Shown piece by piece: positions 1 through 9,749 of a DNA stretch of 64,000 nucleotides. This DNA is from a virus, in IMG/VR virus record IMGVR_UViG_3300017917_002918, positions 103,402 through 167,401 of that record, one strand, 5' to 3'. Every line of letters begins with the position of its first letter. Positions within the stretch are counted from its first letter, which is position 1. The notes beneath the pieces are model-generated. The model was not told where the DNA came from. It did not search any database and saw nothing but the letters and a program-made list of their open reading frames with translations. The position numbers and the translations under genes were made by a program.

Positions 1-24
1 CACTGTTGGAATTTAAAACAATAT

Positions 25-162
25 AATAATATGGGGAAATTCGAAGAAATTCTGTAGTGTGACTCATGGAGATCCACACAATAATACTTAGCCAATAGGT
101 TAAAGTATCCACATAATAATCTTTTTATCTGAAGAAATTTTCTTCTTCACCACCATAGTATT
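25..162 (-). ncRNA. Y-RNA-like RNA without tRNA module (array copy 4)
   Basis: Ends pair (AAUACUAUGG/CCAUAUUAUU); GGUGAA-GAAGAAA...UUUCUUC-GAAUUUC stem equivalent to the other three copies; two internal hairpins instead of T/D arms. Confidence 0.55.
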
Positions 163-170
163 AACAAAAT

Positions 171-313
171 TGTCAAGGGAAGAAAATCTGATTGAGATAT
201 TATCGTGCGCTACCACTGCGCCACACACTGTATTAACATACAGCATGACAGGATTCGAACCTGTGACCCCGTCATCCAAATTGAAGTAGCCCAATCATCA
301 CTTTCCCTTGATT
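171..313 (-). ncRNA. YrlA-like Y RNA with circularly permuted tRNA module (copy 3)
   Basis: Outer stem UCAAGGGAA/UUCCCUUGA, inner UGAUUGGG/CUCAAUCA, UACUUCA and GAUUUUCU motifs; order T-arm (ACAGG UUCGAAU CCUGU), acceptor stem closed by a loop (CAUGCUG...CAGUGUG), D-arm (GCGC AGUGGUA GCGC). Confidence 0.72.
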
Positions 314-318
314 ATATA

Positions 319-465
319 TAACAATTGTTAAAAGAAAATCACAAAGTCCATTTGTTCCGATTGCTCTCCCAACTGAGCTATATAGATTTAACTATAGATG
401 GACTCGAACCATCGACACATTGGTTTCTTGAAGGATTACTTTGCTGTACTGCTTAACAATTGTTA
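319..465 (-). ncRNA. YrlA-like Y RNA with circularly permuted tRNA module (copy 2)
   Basis: Outer stem UAACAAUUGUUAA, inner GCAAAGU/ACUUUGU, UCCUUCA and GAUUUUCU motifs; T-arm GAUGG UUCGAGU CCAUC, closed acceptor UAUAG/CUAUA, D-arm GCUC AGUUGGGA GAGC. Confidence 0.72.
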
Positions 466-475
466 AATATCAATG

Positions 476-628
476 TGTTAAATCAAGAAAAGAAAATCTA
501 GCCAAGAGGTTTCGTACTCTGCCAATTGAGCTATATACCATATTAATATGATATAGTGGGACTTGAACCCACAACCCCGTCATTAAAAGTGAAGTATCTT
601 GTCTATTGCACTGCAACTTGATTTAACA
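476..628 (-). ncRNA. YrlA-like Y RNA with circularly permuted tRNA module (copy 1)
   Basis: 12-bp outer stem UGUUAAAUCAAG/CUUGAUUUAACA, UACUUCA and GAUUUUCU motifs; T-arm GUGGG UUCAAGU CCCAC, closed acceptor UAUAUCA/UGGUAUA, D-arm GCUC AAUUGGCA GAGU. Confidence 0.72.
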
Positions 629-652
629 AGGTTTAATCAACCTTATATATTT

Positions 653-681
653 ATCATACCACACATTAAATCAAATGTCAA
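653..681 (-). promoter_or_regulatory. sigma-A promoter driving the ncRNA array
   Basis: TTGACA-17 nt-TATGAT with extended TG, about 25 nt upstream of the first RNA copy. Confidence 0.8.
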
Positions 682-759
682 TAGTTTTGAACAAATTTAT
701 AATTTAATTACATCCAATAACAAAACCGCCAAAACTCAGCGGTTTACTCATTCCCTAAA

Positions 760-1053
760 CTAATTTAACTCAACATCTGCACATAATGTTATAGTATCAC
801 CATTATCCATGTCAAACTTAATATAACCCCATCCAATTTCAAACTCCACTATTCTGTGCTTAAATATACGGTAACTAACAAATGCTTGTCCTTTTTCAGA
901 AAAATCATAAACGTAATCTCCGCAATGTAATTCAAGATCTTCAAATATCATTGTAATATTGCAATCTACATCTTTCTTTTCCAATGTAACTACCTTGCCA
1001 TGTATAGTACTCAAAATATTTTCGATACTTGCGACACTAGAAGAATAATCCAT
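760..1053 (-). CDS. hypothetical protein
   Basis: 97-aa ORF with AAGGAG RBS. Confidence 0.7.
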   Translation of the reverse strand: MDYSSSVASIENILSTIHGKVVTLEKKDVDCNITMIFEDLELHCGDYVYDFSEKGQAFVSYRIFKHRIVEFEIGWGYIKFDMDNGDTITLCADVELN

Positions 1054-1375
1054 ATTTAATCTCTCCTTAATTAAAATAAGATAATATTAAACATATATAA
1101 TTTATTGTTTGCATTAATATAATATCACAAACAAAAGTGTCAAATATAGTGTCAAATTTGGGTTTAATGTGTCAAATTTAGTATTAAACAAGGCTAATTC
1201 TACTCAAAAATACACCATTATTATTGCCAAAAAGTATCAAATATGATTTGTCAAGTATCAAATGATTAAAAAAGGTGTCATTTTTACTTGAAATTATCAC
1301 AAGAATAAAATGTATGGACATACTTATTGTTTTGATATAATATATAAATAAATATTAATAAAAAGGGGTTTAAAA

Positions 1376-1840
1376 ATGGAAAATTTGTATATTGTTGACT
1401 ACGATGACGAATATAAGGATGAATTTCAAAAATTATCTCTTGAATGGCTTATAAAATATGCTTCCGTTGAACCTGAAGATGAACGTATTTTAGAAAATCC
1501 TCGAAAAGCAATATTGGATGACGGTGGACATATCTTCTTCGCAAAATATAATAATGAAATTGTTGGTACGGTTGCTCTAATTAAAATCGATGAGAACACG
1601 TATGAGCTTGCTAAATTAGCAGTAACGGAGAGATATAAAGGTTTGGGAATAGGAAATGAATTAATGAATAAGTGTATGGAACAAGCCGAGAAAGATTTAA
1701 TTACAAAAATGATTCTGTACACCGCAGATTTTTTAATTCCTGCTGTAGCATTATACAAAAAATATGGATTTACGCCAGTTCCATCAAAAGATAATAAATA
1801 TATAGAATCCAACTTAATAATGGAAAAATATTTTTTATAA
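1376..1840 (+). CDS. GNAT-family N-acetyltransferase
   Basis: ELAKLAV..RYKGLGIG acetyl-CoA motif A and A..LYKKYGF motif B. Confidence 0.9.
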   Translation: MENLYIVDYDDEYKDEFQKLSLEWLIKYASVEPEDERILENPRKAILDDGGHIFFAKYNNEIVGTVALIKIDENTYELAKLAVTERYKGLGIGNELMNKCMEQAEKDLITKMILYTADFLIPAVALYKKYGFTPVPSKDNKYIESNLIMEKYFL

Positions 1841-1901
1841 ACAAATAAATAAAAAACAGGTTCAAACTTAATACCTGTTTTTTATTTATTTGTTTATAAA
1901 A
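1833..1901. terminator. 29-bp perfect inverted repeat, bidirectional terminator
   Basis: TTTTATAAACAAATAAATAAAAAACAGGT-11 nt-reverse complement, between convergent genes. Confidence 0.75.
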
Positions 1902-1924
1902 CTTAGTCTAAAACCATTATATAT

Positions 1925-3088
1925 TTAAGATTGAGTATTTATTTCATATCCGATTTTATCTAAATTATCAATTGAGTATTGATATATTATTTTATCTTTA
2001 AAAATGTCTGGATAGTAGTCATGATTATATTCTTTTTTAAAATTTTTAAACTCTTTAATTGCTGGCTGATTATTCATTTTAATGCTATCTGCATTATCAT
2101 CTATATAACATAAACATAAATTGTCATTATAATCATCCACTGCTACGCAAAGATGAGCTACATCCATTCCTGTATGATTACCAAACACAAGATAATTATT
2201 AAAGGGCGCTAAAGGGTTGATTCTAGCTGTGCTATTTTTTTCTGTATAACATACACAAATTTCTTCATATTCACCTGGATTTAAGTCATCTTTTAAAATT
2301 ATATATCCATGATAAGTTGCTGTTACGGATTTACTAGAAATTATTTCAATGTCTAAGCTCGCCCTGTGTTTTATTGTGTATACTGATATATCAAGTTTAT
2401 CAACGGGATAGGGGAAGTCGCAAAAAAACTTCCATTTTATTCTTTTTGATTTTTTATTTGATATATTTTTAATTTTAAACTGTGAAAACGTTGTCCAACT
2501 GAAATCTTGCGAATTATAATATACTATCTTGGTGAAGCACTCATAATACAAATCTGTTTCGGCAATATGAGATTTAACATCTTGGTTGCGATTGAAAAAT
2601 ATTGTATTATATTTGGATGAATATGCTCTAATTTTTAAGTCAACAAATACATCTTTTTCATGCTCGTTTACATCAGTTTTAATTATTTTACTTTTATTAT
2701 TCTGGACTTCTCCTGTACCTAAAAACATATGGGCTATTTTGCAATTTTCATCTAAGTGATTCGAATTTATATTTTCTATTATTGTATTGTATAGTAATTT
2801 TAATTTGTTTTCTTTTTCTACTTGACTCAACTTCATTCTCATTATTGCGTCATATAACATTTTTGCAATCTTATGTATTTTCTGTGTTCTAAAATTGTCA
2901 TCATTATCAAAGTTTTTTCCAAAATCACCTCTTTCATATCTCATTACTGTAGATTTGCTTATTTGCAAAAAATCCGCAAATTCATTCGAACCCATATTAT
3001 ACAAAGTTCTACGAATTAATTTTAACAATTGAGAAATAGTTTTATTTGATATAGGATTAGTCATTTTAATTCCCCCTAATAGAAGCAA
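1925..3088 (-). CDS. XRE-type HTH protein with large C-terminal domain
   Basis: N-terminal LKLIRR..EFADFLQISKSTVMRYERG helix-turn-helix. Confidence 0.7.
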   Translation of the reverse strand: MLLLGGIKMTNPISNKTISQLLKLIRRTLYNMGSNEFADFLQISKSTVMRYERGDFGKNFDNDDNFRTQKIHKIAKMLYDAIMRMKLSQVEKENKLKLLYNTIIENINSNHLDENCKIAHMFLGTGEVQNNKSKIIKTDVNEHEKDVFVDLKIRAYSSKYNTIFFNRNQDVKSHIAETDLYYECFTKIVYYNSQDFSWTTFSQFKIKNISNKKSKRIKWKFFCDFPYPVDKLDISVYTIKHRASLDIEIISSKSVTATYHGYIILKDDLNPGEYEEICVCYTEKNSTARINPLAPFNNYLVFGNHTGMDVAHLCVAVDDYNDNLCLCYIDDNADSIKMNNQPAIKEFKNFKKEYNHDYYPDIFKDKIIYQYSIDNLDKIGYEINTQS

Positions 3089-3204
3089 TAATAAACTAAA
3101 TTAATACATATATAATACCACAAACTGTTGCTTTATCAATATATTTTTCTAAATATATTGAAATTTAATTACTGAATTTTGCAATATTAATATATAATTA
3201 TAAT

Positions 3205-3648
3205 TTACATATCACTAATTACAACCATATTGACTTCACCAAAATATTGAACTTTCATACCTAATGTTTCACTTATAAATCGCAATGGCACATATGTAAC
3301 CGCGTCAATTTTAAAAGGTTTAGCACTCATTGTTTGTACTTTACCATTAATCATTACTTTATCACTACCTAATGTCATTTTAACATTTAATGAATCATTC
3401 TTAAGTGTCACACCTAATGTTTTTGCGTCCCAACCAACTTGCATACCAAATGTCTCACATGCTTTGCGCACAGGAATATAAATCCTTCCCTGTTCCATTA
3501 TTGGATATTGAGAAAAATGAATTTCACGATTATTATATACCACTCTAATATAATCTTGCTCAGTTATTGCACTAACTGTAATGCCCGAAACAAATATAAC
3601 CACTACTATTAAAATTGCACTAAAAATTTTCATAATAACAACCTCCAT
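3205..3648 (-). CDS. secreted copper amine oxidase N-terminal-domain protein
   Basis: Signal peptide; GRIYIPVR and TYVPLRFISETLG repeats typical of this domain. Confidence 0.85.
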   Translation of the reverse strand: MEVVIMKIFSAILIVVVIFVSGITVSAITEQDYIRVVYNNREIHFSQYPIMEQGRIYIPVRKACETFGMQVGWDAKTLGVTLKNDSLNVKMTLGSDKVMINGKVQTMSAKPFKIDAVTYVPLRFISETLGMKVQYFGEVNMVVISDM

Positions 3649-3706
3649 AAATTATTTTATTTTAATTATACTTACCGAAATACCAAATAACTTAATCACC
3701 ACTATC

Positions 3707-4183
3707 CTATCTGCCATTCAACATACTATTATTTTCCAACTCTACACTAAATCTATCGTAATATAGCATAGTAGTTTTAATACTTAACTCAAATTTCTTT
3801 GCTGTTGCATCCAATCCATTTTCTTTATAATACTCCACAAACCTCTTTTTTCTTGGTACAGTCCATAGCAAATTCATATTACCTCTAAATTTCTCGTCTG
3901 AAACTTCACTCTCGACCAATAATTCGTCATATGGAATGTTCAAAGTGCCACATATTATTACTATATTCTCAAACATCACTCTACTTGGATGGGACACATT
4001 AACCATAGATTGAAAAGTTGACCTTGTGAGTCCTGTCGTTTCAATTAAAGCATCTCTACTTTCAAATTCTGAATATCTAGCTTGTACCGCTACCAATAAA
4101 TTATACTTCAGTGTCTTTGTTTCAATATTCATAAACTTTTTGTAAATCTCCAAAATGTCTTGTTCTATTCCCATTGTAATCAA
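3707..4183 (-). CDS. HTH DNA-binding protein
   Basis: XRE-like segment TTGLTRSTF..ICGTLNIPYDELL and a second HTH-like C-terminus. Confidence 0.55.
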   Translation of the reverse strand: MITMGIEQDILEIYKKFMNIETKTLKYNLLVAVQARYSEFESRDALIETTGLTRSTFQSMVNVSHPSRVMFENIVIICGTLNIPYDELLVESEVSDEKFRGNMNLLWTVPRKKRFVEYYKENGLDATAKKFELSIKTTMLYYDRFSVELENNSMLNGR

Positions 4184-4204
4184 ATCTCCCTTAAAATTAA
4201 ATTA

Positions 4205-4726
4205 TTACTTCAATTCGTTCCATAATACTTCTGGACTTCTGTATCTCTTGTACATGACTTCTTTTGCTCTGTCAAAGTCTTGCATTGACCATTCTGGAGC
4301 TTCCGCCAATATATCTGCTATCTTATGCAACTCATCCTTGATTGTGTTGTGACACAATATTTGTCGCACACATACATTTTGCTCATTAAACATATGCGTA
4401 ACTAGGAAGTCTTGATTTTTCCATAGATTCATAGCATGCTTGTTATCTGATATTGCGCAATAATTAAAATATCCTTCATACAACATCTCAAAATCATTGT
4501 TAATAAGCAACATAATTGGCACTACCAATACTTTATCCATCTTTATTATACCTGTTTTAAGATGCATTTTTGGCTTATCATGCCTAATTATATAGTTTGT
4601 ATCTTCTTTGATTAATAGTGCGAATTCCTCAACATTATTTTCTGGATTGTACACTACACTAGACAACATCACTCCCGATGTTGCATTAAACTGTTCAAAT
4701 GGATTTGTTCCTGTAAAATTACCCAA
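4205..4726 (-). CDS. hypothetical protein
   Basis: 173-aa ORF, GAGGTG RBS. Confidence 0.7.
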   Translation of the reverse strand: MGNFTGTNPFEQFNATSGVMLSSVVYNPENNVEEFALLIKEDTNYIIRHDKPKMHLKTGIIKMDKVLVVPIMLLINNDFEMLYEGYFNYCAISDNKHAMNLWKNQDFLVTHMFNEQNVCVRQILCHNTIKDELHKIADILAEAPEWSMQDFDRAKEVMYKRYRSPEVLWNELK

Positions 4727-4803
4727 AATAAATCACCTCAATTAATTATTGTACAGGATTGTGAGCAAATATTCAATAACCATCTCACAATCCTGCATAT
4801 GTA

Positions 4804-5001
4804 TTAAACTCTGTCCAATATATATCTTTCAACTCCTTGCCATATAGCTAGTACACTATACTCTTCTGCTTCTGAACCAGTTAAATTACCCTTAATAAAC
4901 TTATCATAACCTGTTCTTTTAATATTAAGCAACGCATTATTTCTTGAATTCCTTAACTCAGTTTCACCGAAAAATCTTACTATCTCGTTCATTGTTCTCA
5001 T
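4804..5001 (-). CDS. hypothetical protein
   Basis: 65-aa ORF with AAGGAG RBS. Confidence 0.6.
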   Translation of the reverse strand: MRTMNEIVRFFGETELRNSRNNALLNIKRTGYDKFIKGNLTGSEAEEYSVLAIWQGVERYILDRV

Positions 5002-5239
5002 AATAACATCTCCTTATCATAAATTAATTATAAAACGATTTGTTATGTTCATCTCAGATGTGGATTCAAGTGTTTCGATGTAAATTAATAACTCTAAATT
5101 AGTGTTTTCAAATTCGGTAAATCGCCACCTATTTATAAATTAATTATCTCCTACTATTAAATCATAACATATTTTTTATTATATTGTCAATATATTTTCA
5201 TAAATTAATTATATACTAATTTCCCATACTATTTTAATT

Positions 5240-5752
5240 TTACTCGCAATCTTCCCAACTTTTACTAAATTCATTATTTGCAAACGCCTCTTTAAGACCT
5301 GTAATTTGTTTGAGTCTAAGTATTTCATCGAGATCCATACCTAGATGTTTTGCTATCCATTCATCACTTCTACCTATGTTGTGTATTTCTGCAACTATAT
5401 TACTCATTAAATCTACATCATGCGATCCTCTTGCTCTATTATGTCTTATAGTTGAAGCCATTCTTTCTTCCAAAGGTTTATCTATTATTGAAACAGGAAG
5501 CATACCATTTTCTCTATCATATATATCCTTATGTTTTAACATTATTGTATATCTATGAAATCCATCTACTATAACATATTTATCAATTTCTTTATCATAA
5601 TAACAAACAATAGGCATTGTATATCCATCTTCCTTAATACTCAAATATAATAGCTTCATTTCAGGTGGCGCAACTGAATTGGGATTATATTCATTTGATA
5701 TAATTTTGTCAATTGGAACTGAAATAATATTATAAACTGGACTTTTAAACAT
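5240..5752 (-). CDS. ibrB: IbrB/YbdM-like ParB-domain protein
   Basis: NEYNPNSVAPPE, IVDGFHRY, STIRHNRARG motifs. Confidence 0.9.
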   Translation of the reverse strand: MFKSPVYNIISVPIDKIISNEYNPNSVAPPEMKLLYLSIKEDGYTMPIVCYYDKEIDKYVIVDGFHRYTIMLKHKDIYDRENGMLPVSIIDKPLEERMASTIRHNRARGSHDVDLMSNIVAEIHNIGRSDEWIAKHLGMDLDEILRLKQITGLKEAFANNEFSKSWEDCE

Positions 5753-5765
5753 AATAAATCCTCCC

Positions 5766-7076
5766 TTAAATATTTTTATATTTTTCCTTTATTACTTTTA
5801 CTTTCTCTTGTTGTTGTTTGGTTAAACCGAACCCCATAAATTTACACATATGATCATTTTTCAAAATACAGAAACACATTCTTTTCCATGATGGAATATC
5901 AATTGTAGATTTTACATCATCCGTATCATCTGGTATTTCCCCGTCAAAGATTATTCTTGTTTTTCCATCCTTACTATAATTTGAAATTCCATTTTTACGA
6001 ATCCTGTATCCACATTGTTCTATTTCATCTATAACATCTTGAGAGAAACCTCCTCCCGTTTTTTCCCAAAACTCAGCTGAAGTTTTAAACTTATCTAAAT
6101 AGTTATTCCTAACATGCGCTGGAAGTGTACTTAATAAAAATTCCGTATAAGATTTCCACGTGTGACCTGCTGGTAAAGAAATTTGCCTATATCCTAAAGC
6201 TTTTGTTCCTCCATATATAGCTCCAAAATTCGCCCCTTTAACTCTTCCTACTAATTTCGCCCATGTTCTTGGTTCTATTATTCTGTAAAGATTGAGACTA
6301 TCTATTGCCCATTCGTTAAATGGAGATGCAACTCTCATTTTATCTATTGTTACACCTGCTTTGTAATATAAATCATATAATTTATTATAATCAAAATCAA
6401 ATTTACCATTTGCAATCCATATATCTTCAACAGTCCAATCATAAAGGGGAGAAGCACTCCATACATTTTTGTGACCTTCTGTTATATATTTTTTACCTTT
6501 ATAATCGTATTTTTTATTTATAATACCACTATAACGATGAAGTGACTCATCTGCTCGTATTCCTATAAGCCCAATTGTCTTACCACCACCATTTTTGTTT
6601 TTATACCATCTCCCAAATTGTTTATATAAATCTTCCTGATGCATTTTTAAGGTATAAAAATCAAATGGATTATTATTTAAATTTATAACATACGAATGAG
6701 TAGGCATATCTCGTACCCATATATCTTTTTTCTCTTCATCCCAAGGATACCAAAACATTTCATAATTACTTAGAGGCGTTTTAGAAGCCATGGGTAAACA
6801 TACCCAATATGGTTCAACTTCATCATGTAATCGCTCGAATGTTCTTGTTACATATTCAGTTGTTTTTTCGTATTGTGCTTCAAAATCCTGATGAAATAAA
6901 CCTATTTTTTTAGTTATTCCATTTTCTTTTTTATATTTCATTACTAAATTAAGTAAAGTACCGCTATCTTTGCCACCAGAAAAAGAAATATAAATATTAT
7001 CAAATTCTTCAAATATAAATTTTAGTCTTTCCTGTAACGCTTCATATACACTTATATTTTTATATATCTTCTGCAA
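5766..7076 (-). CDS. ibrA: IbrA/YbdN-like PAPS-reductase-family protein (DUF3440)
   Basis: SFSGGKDS PP-loop, GIRADES, PLYDW, PSWKRMC..ILKND. Confidence 0.9.
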   Translation of the reverse strand: MQKIYKNISVYEALQERLKFIFEEFDNIYISFSGGKDSGTLLNLVMKYKKENGITKKIGLFHQDFEAQYEKTTEYVTRTFERLHDEVEPYWVCLPMASKTPLSNYEMFWYPWDEEKKDIWVRDMPTHSYVINLNNNPFDFYTLKMHQEDLYKQFGRWYKNKNGGGKTIGLIGIRADESLHRYSGIINKKYDYKGKKYITEGHKNVWSASPLYDWTVEDIWIANGKFDFDYNKLYDLYYKAGVTIDKMRVASPFNEWAIDSLNLYRIIEPRTWAKLVGRVKGANFGAIYGGTKALGYRQISLPAGHTWKSYTEFLLSTLPAHVRNNYLDKFKTSAEFWEKTGGGFSQDVIDEIEQCGYRIRKNGISNYSKDGKTRIIFDGEIPDDTDDVKSTIDIPSWKRMCFCILKNDHMCKFMGFGLTKQQQEKVKVIKEKYKNI

Positions 7077-7078
7077 TT

Positions 7079-8464
7079 TTATCCCTCCGCTCCATCAATC
7101 CATTTATACAAATCTTTTTTATCCTTCATTTGTTCGATCAACTCTTTAAAACTATCAACAAGTCTTTCTTTTCTATTCAAACATTTTATAATTCTTTCAT
7201 CTAATGTAAATTTAGCACAAATATCAGTTATATAAACATCTAGATTTTGTCCAATCCTATGCACTCTATCTTCAGACTGTATTCTAGTTGCATAATCCCA
7301 ATCATTAGAGTAGTATATAATATTGTTACAAAATTGTAAATTTAAACCATAACCTGCACAAGTTTTATTTGCTATAAAAAACTGAGCTTTATTTTCGAAC
7401 TTTTCTAATGATCGTTGCCTTTGTTTTTTACTTATTTCACCATAAAACTCAACTACAGAATCATTACCATATTTATTAAATAATACTTCACTAATTATTT
7501 TTATTTCTGAAGTATATTTGCACCAAATTATTGTTTTTTCATCATCTAAAATATCTAAAAGTTTAATTATTCTGGGATTCTCCAATGGATTTTTAAAAAA
7601 TGGCTCTATTTTTATAGACTCGGTATTTTTTGAAATAATCTTATTCCCACTAATAACATGTTGACAAGCTGTAAATAGTCTATATATGGTTGATGGTTTT
7701 AATTCGTCTAGTAACATTAAAAATTCATTTTTGACATCCTCATAATGTTTTTCTTGCTCATCTGTAAGATGAAAATATTTTTGATTATATATTTTTTTAG
7801 GTAAGTTAAGACACTCTTCCTTTTTAACTTGATATGTGTATGGTGCAATTTTTCGCACTAAATAATCTGTATTTAAAGTCCTTGTAATTCGACCTTTAAT
7901 TCTTTCATCATATTCAAGATGATTAGCTGCGAAACTCCAGAATGACTTGTATCCAAGAATTCTCCAATCTAATATGTACCATTGAGCAAAAAGATCTTTT
8001 TCACACTTTGAAATTGGAGTTCCGTTTAAAATAAGTTTATAACTACAATATTCAGCAAGCCTTTCAATATTCATTGTGCGTTGTGCTCTGTGATTTTTAA
8101 CCAAATTACTTTCATCAACAATTAAATAAACTTTCTTAGATTGTACTAATTTTAATAATTCAAAATTTAAATTAATACTTGAAGATAAACTTTCGATACC
8201 TTCAATTCTAAAGTATTCTATTCCATTTTCAATATGTTTTTCAAGTTCTTTCTTTATAGTGCTTTTAACAGAACATGGACAAAGCCACAATACTGCTTCT
8301 ACTTTTTCAGCATCAATACGTTGTTTGATTAACTCTAAAGTTGTTCTTGTTTTACCAGTACCCATTTCCATATATAATGCACCAATTTTAATTTTTGATA
8401 ATTTTGTTACCGCTGCAAGTTGATGATGTTGCAATTTAGTCTTTAAGATCATCAAGAATATCAT
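7079..8464 (-). CDS. SNF2-like superfamily 2 helicase
   Basis: MGTGKT, IVDES, LNGTP, GYGLNLQ, QSEDRVHRIGQ. Confidence 0.9.
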   Translation of the reverse strand: MIFLMILKTKLQHHQLAAVTKLSKIKIGALYMEMGTGKTRTTLELIKQRIDAEKVEAVLWLCPCSVKSTIKKELEKHIENGIEYFRIEGIESLSSSINLNFELLKLVQSKKVYLIVDESNLVKNHRAQRTMNIERLAEYCSYKLILNGTPISKCEKDLFAQWYILDWRILGYKSFWSFAANHLEYDERIKGRITRTLNTDYLVRKIAPYTYQVKKEECLNLPKKIYNQKYFHLTDEQEKHYEDVKNEFLMLLDELKPSTIYRLFTACQHVISGNKIISKNTESIKIEPFFKNPLENPRIIKLLDILDDEKTIIWCKYTSEIKIISEVLFNKYGNDSVVEFYGEISKKQRQRSLEKFENKAQFFIANKTCAGYGLNLQFCNNIIYYSNDWDYATRIQSEDRVHRIGQNLDVYITDICAKFTLDERIIKCLNRKERLVDSFKELIEQMKDKKDLYKWIDGAEG

Positions 8465-9524
8465 CTCCTGAATTCAAAATATCTTTTAATCCATCTTTAG
8501 GTTTATTAATTTCAACAATGTTAGCCACCACAATATTTTTTTCTTTAGTTTTTTCATTATTTATTATTTCAAACGCCATTTCGCTAATTTTAAAATCGTT
8601 TAGTTCCGCATACTCTTCAATTTCTTTATAATGTTTAGGATTTATTAATATAACTGGATTATCCCAAATCGAACCTTTAATTCTTCGTGCTAATTGATAT
8701 AACCTATCATTTCTTTCTTTGAACCAAATTGCAAACCAACCTTCGTATTTTCCGTTAGTTCTAACTAAAATCCATCTGGTACATTCTGCTTCAAAGTCTC
8801 CTGTAATTGCATTTTCTCTAATTTCTTTATCATAAATTGTTATTCCAAAACCATTATTAAGAAGTTTATTGCCTAATTCTGCAACTCTATCTTTTATTTT
8901 TCCACTTGTTTTATCAATTTTTCTACTCCAAACACCATTCCACTTATATTCAAGACTCTTAATGATTTCTATAAACTTATCATTTTTTTCAAAAAATACT
9001 TTAATTGTATCGTTTTCAAACTTAATTTCTACTGGTACATTTGAGATTACATTTTCTGGGTATACAGTTGATTCTTCTTTTAATTGATCTAATATAATTT
9101 TTTCTTTATCTTTTTTATATTTTATATTCATTTCTTCTTTTATATTATTCAAATTCACTATATTAAATATATTCGTATTTCTATTGTCTATCCACCAACT
9201 TGCGTTGGTTTTATTTGTAATAATATATTCTAATAAATCAATATTTTCGTTTTTTGCTATAGTATTTTCAATTATTTTTATTCTTATTGTATTTGCCCAA
9301 ACTATTTGTTTTTCTGTTCCCTTCAATTCAGGTAATTCCATTTCAATTGCCTTCATCATATTTATCTCATTTTCTTTGTCGGCTTGTATTTTAAAGCAAG
9401 CTGGGCAAATTTCTGAAAAATATTTTTCTATTTTCCATTCTCGTACTTTATGTGGTCCAATTAAATCTACATTTCCATCATGTCCACAAGAGTGAGTACC
9501 TTTATAATTAGCCATAATGCACAT
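8436..9524 (-). CDS. hypothetical phage protein
   Basis: 362-aa ORF; HSCGH/CPAC Zn-like motif, LPELKGTEKQIVWA..IR segment common in phage proteins. Confidence 0.75.
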   Translation of the reverse strand: MCIMANYKGTHSCGHDGNVDLIGPHKVREWKIEKYFSEICPACFKIQADKENEINMMKAIEMELPELKGTEKQIVWANTIRIKIIENTIAKNENIDLLEYIITNKTNASWWIDNRNTNIFNIVNLNNIKEEMNIKYKKDKEKIILDQLKEESTVYPENVISNVPVEIKFENDTIKVFFEKNDKFIEIIKSLEYKWNGVWSRKIDKTSGKIKDRVAELGNKLLNNGFGITIYDKEIRENAITGDFEAECTRWILVRTNGKYEGWFAIWFKERNDRLYQLARRIKGSIWDNPVILINPKHYKEIEEYAELNDFKISEMAFEIINNEKTKEKNIVVANIVEINKPKDGLKDILNSGDDILDDLKD

Positions 9525-9749
9525 CCTTTTTAGTATTTAATACAAAAATTACTACTTAATCTTAACATGTTATACAATATATTGTCAATATATTATCATA
9601 AATTAATTATATGAACTTAACTTTTCTGAATTCTTGTTTTGTTGTGATTTTCTCAACCTATCTATTACATCCATTTCGACTATAATCTAAATTATAAAGC
9701 AACTTAACATATTTATAACGTGCTTTTGCTTTTTTGATTGTCATTTTAA

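Noticed and set aside
100-294. 64-aa minus-strand ORF
   Set aside because: Overlaps two structured RNA units; no RBS; translation of tRNA-like sequence
200-590. Three ordinary tRNA genes or tRNA pseudogenes/att sites
   Set aside because: Halves are in permuted order, the acceptor stem is loop-closed with no CCA, and each sits in a shared non-tRNA scaffold
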